Shown one piece after another: positions 22,201 to 33,790 of a stretch of DNA of 64,000 bases (its first letter is position 1; every line of letters starts with the position of its first letter). Source of the stretch: Amoebophrya sp. A120 (lineage: Eukaryota; Protista; Dinoflagellata); the NCBI GenBank assembly GCA_905178155.1, contig CAJINV010000004.1, forward strand, positions 10,461,655-10,525,654, in the 5' to 3' direction. Made by a program: the position numbers and the translations under genes. The notes under the pieces are model-generated. The model did no database searches, was not told the DNA's origin, and saw only the letters and a list, made by a program, of their open reading frames with translations.

Positions 22201-23856
22201 CTTGCGAGTGGTTGCATACTCCCGAGTCCCTCCCATATGGCAACGGCAAAGCCTTCGCGCTGCGTTTGCGATGGATGAGCATCTCGCAAAGAGCGCTTTG
22301 CGCGCGGGCAAGCCCGCGCGCAAAGCGCTCTTGCGAGCGCTTGCGCACGCTTTGATATAATATGATAATATCAGAGTGAGCTGGGTTTTACGTCTTGGAC
22401 TCATGGGCTCTCGCCGGAAAACTTCCCAAAGCCCCCCCTATTTCGCCGGAAAACTTCCCTGAACATCTTCGAGGGACAAAAATCGCGCAAATCCAATCAG
22501 TTTCACCCTCTTTTTCGTTCGTCTATGATCCAGCAAGGCTCTCCAATCTACGAGGGTCGGAGGGGTGCTACAACTCTACAGTGCATGATGAACAGGAGTC
22601 GCTACTTTATCTTCAACTTTTGCACAAACCCGATTGAAAGCCGGCGAGGCGTCTTCTACAGCCAGAAGATAACATTGACCGCCTACCGATTGGGAAGTCA
22701 CTAGCTACCGCAACTCCGGCTCTTGATGAAAATCCCTCAGAAGTGAAAAATCAGTGATTTTTCACTTTTGACAAATTTTCACTTTGGAGTCGAAGCGAAC
22801 GAATTTTCACTTTTGCGAAGCGAAGGAGTTTTTGACAAATTTTCACTTTTGCCTTTTCACTTTTGACAAATTTTCACTTTTGACAAATTTTCACTTTTGA
22901 CAAATTTTCACTTTTGACAAATTTTCACTTTGCCTATCTAATTATAGCACCTCGGTCCGGCGAACGCCTTCGGGGAAGTTTTCCGGCCATCAATTCTATT
23001 AGAGGGTTGCAAGTCATGACTTCTTGATAATATCAGAGTGAGCTGGGTTTTACGTCTTGGACTCATGGGCTCTCGCCTCATATGACCATCGTGAGAAACA
23101 TCGCTTTTTCTCATCACATAAAGTCTCACGCTGCGCCAGCAAGACAGATGCATGTCAAATTGTAATACTTGCAATAGAAATTATCAGAGTGAGCTGGGTT
23201 TTACGTCTTGGACTCATGGGCTCTCGCCTCATATGACCATCGTGAGAAACATCGCTTTTTCTCATCACAATCGACTACACATTGTTGAAAAAGGTAGAAA
23301 CAAATGTTCGACTAAACCACAAGTACAATTTATGTGGTGTTTCTAGTACGAGGGAAGACAAAGAACAAAGAGTGAGCGCAACAAGTTGACAATAAAAAAT
23401 TTCATAAGAACAAAACACTTCTCAGTAGTACCCTTCCATGACAAATTCGTCCGGCGCCAGGTCCTCCCCGGTGAACACTGCCTTCTTCGCCCGTGGCCGT
23501 TCCGTGCAGTCCTTCTCCGTGTGTGTGGTCGCCCCGCAGTTCTTGCACGCGCCCTTGACAAATTTGGTCTTGATGTCGCCCCTCGTTCCCCGCTGGTACC
23601 AGTTGTCCAGCGACGAGTAGTCGTTGTTTGCGACGTTCGTCTTCCAGTTTTTCTGGTGCTTCAAACTCGATCCTTGTTGCGCCAGGTACCAAGGCGCGTT
23701 GGTGATGAACGACGGATTGTGCGGGTTGATCATTTTCCCCGTTTCCTGGTCGATCTCCGGTGCCGCGCGGCCCTGCGCCCGCATCTCCTGCTCCTTCCGG
23801 GCGTCGCCACCCGCGGCCTGCGCCTGGGCGGCCGCCACCACCGCATTGGACGCCAT
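19274..23856 (-). CDS. SLU7: Pre-mRNA splicing factor SLU7; exons 23856-23432 and 21284-19274
   Basis: Motifs INPHNPSFITNAPWY, GACKNCGATTHTEKDCTERPR, YDMKRDRWNGY and [31 protein letters not shown]; GT-AG intron 21285-23431 joins in frame (MEG|GNFDYD). Confidence 0.95.
21454..22362. mobile_element. Putative non-autonomous insertion with GC-rich hairpins near both ends
   Basis: 12-bp hairpin at 21461-21486 and ~26-bp hairpin at 22283-22337, both with an AA loop; flanked by duplicated snoRNA 3' fragments. Confidence 0.45.
22413..22987. mobile_element. Putative TIR element containing a 17-bp minisatellite
   Basis: gccggaaaacttccc ... gggaagttttccggc inverted repeat; no clear short TSD. Confidence 0.5.
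22741..22932. repeat. 17-bp minisatellite (ttttcacttttgacaaa)n with a 13-bp palindrome at its left edge
   Basis: Direct reading; palindrome aagtgaaaaatca-g-tgatttttcactt at 22741-22767. Confidence 0.9.
23030..23120 (-). ncRNA. Intronic box C/D snoRNA, double guide (U35/snR73-like and U29/snR71-like), copy 1
   Basis: Minus strand GTGATGA (box C) ... TCTCACGATGGTC-at-ATGA (box D') ... AAACCCAGCTCAC-t-CTGA (box D). Both guides are complementary to the conserved LSU rRNA segment GUGAGCUGGGUUUAGACCGUCGUGAGA. Same strand as the host gene SLU7. Confidence 0.88.
23181..23271 (-). ncRNA. Intronic box C/D snoRNA, double guide, copy 2
   Basis: 88 bp (23182-23269) identical to 23031-23118; conservation stops just outside boxes C and D. 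Confidence 0.88.
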
Positions 23857-24593
23857 TTCGTTATAGCTATGTGCTGCTTGTCGGAGTACTACTAGTCTTC
23901 TACTTCTTGTTGCGCAGCTCTTAGGGAAATCAACCAGGAGTTGTTCTTGTGGCCGCGAAAAATCCTACACAGACTTCGAATTCTTTTCGCCAAAGTGACG
24001 ATGTGGTAAACTGACTACTCTCATTTTTTGAATACAGCTTCAAATAGTCGTATGGTGAACATGATGAAAAAGTGTCGGCTTTTGTTTGGTAAAGGTTACT
24101 GGAGACGTATATTCTCACTTTTACGGTAAAGGTGAGACCTGGGACTCTGTACAACATTATGGATGAAATTCGATAGTATTGCAACATTTTGGAGGACAAA
24201 TAGACTGCAGCTCCGCGTCAAACAAATTTTGACAGAAAAAAAAGGAGAAAGAGATTTTGACCTGGATCGATTTGGAATGTCAGTTTGCTCTTGGACTTAT
24301 TTGCGATTTTCATGATTCTTCGACCCATGTAGATCATTTCTGCAGTGCCCTTTCGTCGGGATTCAGTTTTCGATATCAACTTCGCGAACACAGCATAGCA
24401 CGCTCCTTTGACTTCATGCCTCCGAAGGAAGAAGCCTCGCTAGAGTTGCACGAACGACCCCATAATTCCATTTTTTGAAGCCCAAAAGAACAGTAGTACC
24501 TCAAAGATTTTTTCGGTTTCTCTGAAACATTCAAGTGCTGTGGAATAAGAAAAGCTCTATCTACATTTATTTTGTGGCGGTAGCTAACTTTTT

Positions 24594-25018
24594 GGTTAAC
24601 AGACCAGAATCTCAACGCTCTTGTCTCAACGTTCAAGAGGCCGACGGGCAATCGTCTCGGCGATTGCCAGACGGCCGCAAACAACGGTCGTCGGCAACGG
24701 GGGAGAGGTACGCACGCCATCACTGATGCGAGGCGGGGTCGATGAGACATAAGGGGCGCAAGGACGCAAGAACACACACGGGCAGGGGCGCGGGTGGGAA
24801 ACACAGGGCAGGGAAAGGAGAGAGTCGTCGGCCAGGGCAGCCGCCGCCAGCCGGCCGGCCGGCGGCGGCTGCCCGGGCCGACGACCAGAAACCCCAAAGC
24901 CTAGACCCTAATCCCTAAACCTAAACGGTGCCGAAGTTGAGACGTCGGGGTCAACGTTGGGGGGTTTTGTCTAAACGTTGAGACAAATGGGCGCAGTTGA
25001 GATTTTGGCTTGTCAACC
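24594..25018. mobile_element. MITE-like element with ~40-bp imperfect TIRs, an internal GC hairpin and telomere-like repeats
   Basis: ggttaacagaccagaatctcaac..ttgtctcaacgtt / aacgttgagacaa..gttgagattttggcttgtcaacc; degenerate CCCTAAA run at ~24888-24926. Confidence 0.6.
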
Positions 25019-26148
25019 TAGCTCTTTCTTGTAAGGGCAAAAATAGTTCATGCTGTTGCACGGGACAGGAAACATCACCTCTCTTTTCCGCTGCTTGTGC
25101 GATTGCGATCCACCGCGCACTTAGTGAAAGGCTCTACAGCTGCAATCGCTCGACTTTAATAAACAAGCCGCTTGTGGCCGTGGCTCTTTCTTCAGTGCCT
25201 GCTTGTCACAACTGTTCTATCGGTTGCTCCTCTTGAGGATTTTTTACTATCTACACTTACATCCAAAAATACCAAAAAAATGCACAACTTCCCAAGCACT
25301 ACACTGGATCTGGTAGCCTACCTTAGCACTTGCTCAAATCAGTATCGATTTTCGACAAAAAGCACAGGAGCAAAGCAAATCCACTCGTAGGGCGACTCGA
25401 GCGGGGCGGCAAAAATGATGTTGGAAGGGGTGAAAAAATCACAAACAGAGTCAAGATCGAGGACTGCGCAAGCCTATCTGTAGAACAAGTCGGGCGAAAA
25501 AATCAAAATGAAAGCGCACAATTTCTTTCCGGTGAAAGAAAAACAACCTCGCAGCTATTGCTGGGGAATGATGGGTATCCAATTGCACAACAAACACAGG
25601 ACTCTTCTAAGAACGCGAATCCTCGTCCCAGAAAAAAAATGCCGCGACAATGAATCGGCAAAGTAGAGGATGCCCGTTCATTCCCGAAAGACAATTTTCA
25701 GTGTGGAGAAGCAAAGAAAAGGCAGCTTCTTTCTGCAAAACAAAAGCTTCCATACAGCTTAGTAATTACAGGTCGTGATCGTGTTTACAGCTATACTTGG
25801 ACTTGTGTCGTCGGAAGCCGATTGCTCTATATTTACGTAGTATATTTCGCTTTCAACTGGTCAGGTTTCGCCCTGTAGCTGCCCGCTATTTGCCTTTTTT
25901 ATATTTCTTCACCAAGAAGCTCACATCAAAGAACCTCCACTCTCGGGCGGTTTCGATTTGTAGCTGCTGGCCACGCGACGCGCCATCAAATGAATACGAC
26001 GCTCCATTAGATCATGGATGCATTACGAATAGACCTGTCGCGCAACTCCAACTTCTTCCAAAAGGTATAACTGCAGCCCTACTTGTTCGCTGCTTTACTG
26101 CGCGACGAGGTCTTTTTCTCTGACTTCGCTCGCTTACTTTGCAGGCGA

Positions 26149-28977
26149 AAGTATCTGCCTTACTTGTTCAAGTTCAACCTCCGGCGCTACTAAAACAAAG
26201 TAGAGAAACAGCCCTGCCCCCCTCCAGGGCAAAAATGTCACCAGGCCCAAATAAAGAGGTGGCCGCCTAGCCAGGAGAAGTGCGCCAGCTGATTGGAGAG
26301 TGAGTTCTAACACCTAGTCGGTGCATCCTACAGACAAGCATCGCGGGGCCTGCTGCCCCCCCTCGAATACGCACCGGGCGCGCGGCGCGACTTGTGGTAA
26401 CAGAGCCAGCCCTACCCCGTCCGCCCGGCATCCCCGGGAGACCCGTCCTCGATTGCCAGTAGTGGCATGGCCGCCTGCGGCCCTAGTCCCTGTCCACGTC
26501 GAGTTTTAGGCTCCAAGATGAATTAATAGGCACCAACCTCCAGCACCCGTGGGTGTGCGCAGTGAAAATGCTGGCCGCCGAGGGCAAAGGCAAACCCCAT
26601 AAGCCGCGAAATCCCCACAAAGCAAGCTTTCGCCCCCGACCCGAGATTGGCCGACGAGTGAATACCACAATCGCCACACGCTCGCACCAGAAATCCCAAG
26701 GCGTAGGGCGCAACCGTCTTTCCCCCTGAGTTCCAAACCACCTACCATAGTCCCTTGCACTCCGAGGCGTAACTGTAAGAGCCCTGCCACATGAAAAGGG
26801 ACGCGCTGAGCCAGACCGGACACATGGGAGACCGTGCAAAACCACCAGGGGGGAGAGCAGACAAACCCATTGCAACTGCATGCGAACAACTAAGGGTCGC
26901 GCCTACCTAGACCTGCTAGGAGTAGGCCGCGGGCCGCCCGCGGCCGCCACCGGCGAAATAATAGCCAACGCTGCACAGTCGTACTCCTAACCGGGAAGCC
27001 AAACCTTTGGAAGGTTTTCACTGCCCAGGAGCCGAGGCAAAAAGAAAGACCTTCCCCGGGCAATCTAAAGGGGCCTCTAGCCCCTTAGCCTCCTTTCTGG
27101 GTGATTCCGTAGCCCCGAGGGCGCAGGAAAACAAACACGCCTGCAAACCAACAGCCCCTGCCAATACTCCGCGCGGCACGGCCCAATGCCAATGACCATT
27201 CCCACTAACCTAGTAGATGCTACACCAGCGCCCATCCCGTGTCCAAGTCCGCGAAATAAATAAGAGAAAAACGAGAAAGCTCCGGCCTCCAAGTGTCCCA
27301 GGCCGCTTGTACCTTCCAGGCTACAGGAGGGCACGACCTTACACCCAATGCAGAGCACCCGCCTGGCCCCGGCGCAGCAAACGAAAACCAAAAACCCCCC
27401 GTGGTCATAGGATAACGGATTCAAACCGACACTGCATGCCCAGAGCCAAGCGAAGAGCGTAAGGTCGTTGTGCCCACCTGCCAGCTGCCTTATTCTTTAA
27501 GTCACTGTAGCCATTCTTCTACCCCCTTCTTGAAGCGCGGAGGGCGAACTCCGAAAAGCAGGAGCAAGAGCCATACAACAACAGCCTCTAGCACAAATGC
27601 TGCTCCTTAATAACAGTTCCTTCCGAGCCCGAGCGTGAGCCCGGGAGTTTCCCTCCCTTCGCTGATCTAGCGAGCACCCCAAGCCGACAGCCCAGGCCGG
27701 CTGCGAGTAAGGCCCAGGCCGGCCCTACCTCCTGCCTACGTGAGAAACCGGAACCAAATCCCCGAGTTGGAGCCGCTCCTTGAACCAGCTTGCCTACTTG
27801 GGCACAAATGCACAACTCGGAAAAGAAGGCACTGTGCGTGAAGAGGACCCATGTTCCCCGATCCAGAAAAGAGCCAACCACGAGTAGGTCGCGCCAGAAG
27901 CCAGAAAGCCCCGCGACAGTCCATCCGACACAACTTCCATCTGAGGAAAAGCTTGAAAGGAGAGCTTCCGCGATCCCGGCCCCTGGTCACCTCATCACGA
28001 CCAGGTCCAGCCGTCGCCCTGCCGCCTACAACCGTTACCATGCCAAACCTACATCGGCCCCACAGTCAAACTAGACTGGGTCCAGCCAATCGAAAGAAAA
28101 ACCCTGGCACGACCCCCGCCTTGAATGCGGGCCCAGTCGTGCCGCCTTGCATTAGCTTACCAGGGATCTGCTAGCCCTTTCCATAGAACTCTCGTCCTTT
28201 CCGTCACTTACTCGAAAACGATGCACCGAGGTGCATCCGTAAGTATCTGCCTGACTTGTTCAAGTTCATCCTCCGGCGCTACTAAAATATGGTGGCGTCA
28301 ACGACGCTTTTTGCAAGTATGCTGAAAATTTTGATCTGCACGGCCGCCCGCCGGGCCGCCGTGCAGAAATGGCCGCGACGCCTCCCCGCTGCCAGGCGAC
28401 TGCGGGCCTACAAGGAAATGCACCATCTACCTGGAAAGCGCCGGCGGCAAGCCCCGAGGGGTGCCCCCGGAAGGGGTGAAAAGATGCCCCCCAAAAAAAC
28501 GCGAAACCCCAGCGAATGATGCCCCTCAAAGAGGCCCCCAGACGTCCCGGAGCAATTGCCCGGCGCCGGGCAGAGAATTCTCCGGAAATTGCGCCGAAGG
28601 ACCTCTGCCTGTGCTTGGGTTGCCTCGGAAATAAAAGGCAGAATGTTGGTGGTGTAGGGTCCGCGCGCTTTGGCGGGCCAGGGTTTCCGGCCGTGTCCGG
28701 AAAAGCTGGCCCCCGTCCGGCTTTTTCTTCCAAGGTGCATTTTTTGGCATTATTTTCGCCCACTGCGCCCAATGTCTTCGCCGCTGGTATGTCGGCAGGG
28801 GTTTCCATAAACAGAGGAGAGACGGGGGGCCAACGAGGAAACCTTGGGCGGATGTCGGGGGGCGCCCTCCCTCCCCGAAATGATCTCAGACAATGCGCGC
28901 GGGCCAACACGGCGGGCCTGTTCATGGGTGGCTAGCTTGGCTTACTTGTTCAAGTTCATCCTCCGGCGCTACTAAAA
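26149..28977. repeat. Three copies of a 37-47-bp motif separated by GC-rich 2045-bp and 653-bp segments
   Basis: acttgttcaagttca(a/t)cctccggcgctactaaaa within 26149-26195, 28241-28287 and 28941-28977. Confidence 0.85.
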
Positions 28978-31361
28978 CTGGGCCAAGACCCAAGCTGTGC
29001 CAAGCGGAGCTACCACAGGCAAAAGAGTAAGAGTGCTGCGCACTGCTCTTCTGCCTGTACCCTCTGTATGTCTCATGTACTTCCATTCGGTTTTTCTTGC
29101 GCAATCTACTAGCGAGTTACAAGTCATCAGAAAAGTCTTCGCGTCTTAACTGCCGCTGAGATATCAAAAATGAATGGGGCCATGATTTTAGTTTGTGGCG
29201 ATAACAAATAGTCGCGCGTTTGTTTCTTTGATGTTTTCAGGGTGCACAAGCAGCTCCACTACACTCGCTAATGATATCTCTTTAGTATGATGATGCTCAC
29301 TATCATCTTTTGTCGCTTTTTCTCGCTTTTCCATCTCCCTAAGTGCGCATCGCAAAGAAGAGTTTGCGGCACACATCGCAAAAATAAAAAAGAACAGTGG
29401 TTGTTTGAAGCGAGATCAGAAAGAAAAGTTTCCGCAGGCATTGATGCGGTGGCGTCAGATCGTCATCGTTCCGCATCAAACAGAAAAAAGAAAAAGAATG
29501 AAAAACAAAGAACTAGCCTGCGACGCAAAAAAATACACAGAAAAAACACCCATTTGGGATATGCGATGCATTCCGCCGGTCATGGCAACAAGAAAGCCAC
29601 GCTCAGGCAGAAGTCCTTGAGGTTCCTGTCGCTGGCTGAAAAAGACAGATGACCTTTTTTAGCGAATCAAGTTGGATAGCAGAGCTCTATTTAATTCATG
29701 CATTGCAAAATCTTAATGTAACTACGCTCTTGCTCTTCAGTAATAAAAACTGCATACGATATGTTTTACGTCAACACTTTTTTCTTCTCTGAGAAACAAC
29801 TTACTCTTACACCTACAGTCAGTGTGTATTGCCGAGTTGGAAAAGATAGATGGCGTACCAAAGCTATTTTCCGGCGCAACCGCATCGCCCGCAAGTTCGC
29901 TATCTAGTTCTGCTTATTGTTTGCTTCCAAATTCCTACCCGTGTTCTTGTAGGCCGGCGCAAGGAAAATCACAATGAGGCAAAGAGCGACGCTCTTTCTT
30001 CTTCTTGTTATTCATCAGCTTTACTATACACTTCTTTTGTACTGCGCTCAATCTATCAAGCTCTACAAGTAGTTTTTAATCTCATCACAATGCATTTCCG
30101 CCTATTCTGGTTTGTCAATTATAGCTGTGGTGTGCGCCTCACATAACCACCCGGGAGTCAACGTGTCCAGCTTTTCTAACAGAGTGCGCGCAAGCAATGA
30201 CACAAAAATCAACTTGAACTTGTGCGCTGAAATCAATTAATTTCACAGCTACAGTGCTGGCAAATGAGGATAACATAAAGAAGTTGGACGGCAGGGCACA
30301 AATAAAATGGCTTGACCACACAGCTCCGTCTGTAGCCAGCCCTTCGTCTTGTGTAGGAGAAAAAAATAAAAGAACCAACTCCGGCAATGACAAAACTTTG
30401 TCACTTTTCAAGTTGCCATCGCCCGAGCGCTCTTTTTTTTTTGCGCGAAACATCAGGAGGTGAATCCAGAAAGAGTTTGAAAGTAGGGGTGGAAACTACT
30501 ACAGTGGGCGAGACTAAAGTCATGCCGATTTCATAAAATTTGCATCGTAAAAACTTGCGGCTCGATAAAATTTTTGGTGGCATCGCAAAAAATTATGGCA
30601 GGGGGAAGAAAGGCCACAAATCCCTCTGTAGCCGTTTTTTGAGGATAGCTTTGCAGTAGTGCACAACTTGTACTAACTGATAAGGGTGCGCTTTTCGCAT
30701 TGTGTGGGGGAGAAAGGCGATCAAAGTGAAAGCGTAAGCATAATCAAGATGGAGTCGCATAAGCATCACGATCGGGCTGCATGAGCATCAATTACTCTAT
30801 GTAAATTTGCATATAGTGCGGTGGATTTGGAGGACGACCTCTTGAAGATAAAATTTGCAACAGATACAGAAGCGCAATACTCGTAAACTGTTAATTATAA
30901 TTCAGAAAGTTGCAGAAGAAAAACTGTGTGTCGATGGTTAACACGGAGGAAGAAATCACGATCGATCGAAAAACAACAACAGCACTGGCGGCATTGGTCG
31001 TGGCCACTCCAAGTCAGCAGCGCAAGTGCGCGACAATTACAAATATGGAAAGCATAACTACTTGCTCGCAGCACAGCTCCATGGAAGCGCGCGCCAGCTG
31101 CTCGACCGGCCAGGGTGCTGGCGACGTCCAACGCAGCCTAGAAGTGGTTCATCTTCCCTTGCGGTGTTATATATCGACAAATATGGAACTATTTTTTTCT
31201 CTTTTATAAAATTATATGCTTTTTTTCTTTCTAAAATCAAAAGTTTCCTCTTGTGAAGCCTTGCCTATGCAAATAGCAAAAAAAGTTGACCAGGTCACAC
31301 AGTTCATTTTCAGGAATAGCACTGTATACCCAAACTAAGTATTCCTTTCTGCCCCGCCGTA

Positions 31362-32348
31362 TCATGCGGACACCGACTGGTGTCGCGGCCGGTAGCCGCC
31401 GAGAAAGCTGTGCGGGCGCCGGCGCGGGAACCGCGACCGCGAACGACTGCGGTCCCGGGAGGCCCGCAGCTCGATGAACTCCTCCAGTGCCTCCGCGTCA
31501 CTTCCGGGCGCCTCCGTCGGCACGTCCGAGTTGTAGCCATTGTTGTTCTGTGGCGGATTTATTGCCTGGTTATAATTTCCCCTCGGCACTTGGCGGACGC
31601 GGCGCGGCGACTGACGTGCCTGTCGGGCGCCCGCCGGCTGCGGGGCTCCGATCGGTTCGTGCGCGAGGACGCCCGCGCCCCGAACTAGTACCCCGCCGGT
31701 GCGGAGGTTCGCCGGCGCGTGAGTGGAGCTACTTCCGCTGCTGGCAATACAACTGCTCATGCTGTTCATGGACCCGAAGCTGCGCTCGTTGCGCCGCAGA
31801 CCTGCTCCGGCGGCACGTCGCAGACCACCACCAACTCCGCCGACGATAGTACCTCCTGCGTTTTGGTGCAGCAGGTGCCCCGGGTTACTAGTGGAAAGCC
31901 GCATGCGCTCGATGTTGTGGATGAGCATGGCAATGTTCTGGTCCCGGCTGGAAGCGGCCGCCCCCGCGCCCTCCGCCTCCAGTGGCGGAAACCGGATGTG
32001 ACTGCTACTTTCTCGCACCGGACGCAACCCCGGGGACCCCCGCTGTTGCGGATTTTGGTTCCCGCTGGAGGAGGAAGGAGACGCAGCTGCAGCCTTCTTT
32101 AGCTGAAAGCAGCTCACCTGGCCAATACCGACGTGGAGGAGGAAGAATGCGAAAAAAAGCGTCCAGCGAACAGACGCGGCGGTGTAGTTGATCGCGGCAA
32201 CCATTTTTCGTGTGATGTGAGCAAAAGCAGCTAATATCTCGCTGCTTTTACTCTGTTCTTCTTGTTTTCGAAAGCTTTTTGTGCCGTTGTAGTCCGAGGT
32301 GTGTTTTTGCTCCACCGGAATTTTGCGCAGGAGCGAAAGTTGTTCCAT
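31362..32348 (-). CDS. Hypothetical low-complexity protein, possibly secreted (likely start at MVAAINY)
   Basis: 328-aa ORF, GC-rich coding-like composition, hydrophobic segment WTLFFAFFLLHVGIG. Confidence 0.5.
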   Translation of the reverse strand: MEQLSLLRKIPVEQKHTSDYNGTKSFRKQEEQSKSSEILAAFAHITRKMVAAINYTAASVRWTLFFAFFLLHVGIGQVSCFQLKKAAAASPSSSSGNQNPQQRGSPGLRPVRESSSHIRFPPLEAEGAGAAASSRDQNIAMLIHNIERMRLSTSNPGHLLHQNAGGTIVGGVGGGLRRAAGAGLRRNERSFGSMNSMSSCIASSGSSSTHAPANLRTGGVLVRGAGVLAHEPIGAPQPAGARQARQSPRRVRQVPRGNYNQAINPPQNNNGYNSDVPTEAPGSDAEALEEFIELRASRDRSRSRSRFPRRRPHSFLGGYRPRHQSVSA

Positions 32349-33790
32349 TTATTCTCCGCTGGAGAAACGAAAAGCGGCGGCACGTACGTTGTTTTGTTGA
32401 CAGGGAAGCTGTAATCATGTAGACCCGCGTCTGATGTTCTACCCCTGAAGTCTGTCCTCAAGAACCGGCTGCACTCCTGCGAACAAGAAGTGCTGATATA
32501 TTGATCCCAAATGAGCCTCTCCTTTCGTTAATAGCGCGCCAAACTATTACGCAGGATCCGTCTCCACTCCTTTTTGTGGCCGCGTGAAAAAATGCGTCGT
32601 CCTTATGGTTGACGTAGTGAAGTGAAGGTCGGCGTTTGTTCGTGTGCTGTCCCCAGAGATGATCGTAGCAGCGGCGATGCAAATTATCTGGGCTCAGACG
32701 CTTTTCGACCCGCGTAAGAAAACTAAATCTGTAGACAAATGCGATCGCACTGATCGAAAAAAAAAAGCGAATGGCATGAAACCCCAACGCAACAAGCACC
32801 AACGCTGCGCTCGCGTTGTGGTAAATGCAACAGATTTTTGCAATTGCACTATCAGTTCTCGTTCTCGACTCTAAAAACAGCAATATACTCGCAGCGGCTA
32901 CCTCGCTTGTTGTTTCTTACTGTTGCTTGTTTCTAGGTGGCAAAACTTTCTACCGGAATAAATCGCGTGCGTCGGCAATTTGTCAATTTGCTTTGATTTT
33001 TACTAATTAAGCAGAAAACTTTTACCCTAAAGGAGAACGAAGCTGAAGTTGTCGCTGGAAAGGGGGATGAATCAAGATGACTGTTTGTTAGTTTCCAGAT
33101 TCGTCACATGTAAAAAGTAAAAGACGACGACCTTCTGTGCTTCCGTGTCAGCACATGCGAGGCGCTAAACTTGTTCGCGTCGACCTAAAAAAAGGATCAG
33201 CGCGTGCTTTGTAGTAACGCATGGCGCGACAGGATCCTTGTGTCATCTTCAGAATAAAAAGCCCGGCTTTAAAAAACATATGGATCTGACAACGCTGCGC
33301 AATCTTGCTGAGTTTGCGACGCAAAAAATCTCTTATTTGAATACTAGATCAGACTCATCTGCACAACAGCTCAGCGCAGGGGAGTGGAAACTTCCTACGT
33401 AGATCTGAAGAAGCCTTTTCTAGCTCCGCGGCAAAAAAGTACTTATGGATCTTTGCCTTCTGTTGGTGGTCTCGCGCGCGCTTGCGTACGCTTTGGTTAC
33501 CAGATCAACAGCAGTCGCATGACGTAGCGAACATGCGCTTGCGCCGAGAGCGCGAGCGGTCCCATGGACCATTTGATTTTCTCGCATGTATTCATCGTCA
33601 TTCTCGGTTCAGGACTCCAATGAAAATCGTGTCACGGGGAGAGAAGATGAAGATCACGGCTCAATGAAAAAATAAGCCCTAGATCATCGCTCATAAGGTA
33701 ACTTCAGCATGATACGACAACAACCGATGAAGGCGAACGCTTTCGCTTTCCATCGGCGAGCCCTTTCCTTTTCCACCGACGGAACCTATG

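Noticed and set aside
23031-23096. rRNA gene fragment or tRNA-iMet (atcagagtg start)
   Set aside because: Only two 13-nt rRNA matches, each placed next to a D or D' box on the opposite strand; no cloverleaf. Better explained as a snoRNA.
27505-27520. Dinoflagellate spliced-leader relic (ctgtagccatt)
   Set aside because: The match is too short and lacks TTGGCTCAAG
28978-29020. tRNA or tRNA-derived SINE head on the minus strand (tagctccgcttggcacagc)
   Set aside because: A-box-like only; no T-loop or B-box and no acceptor stem
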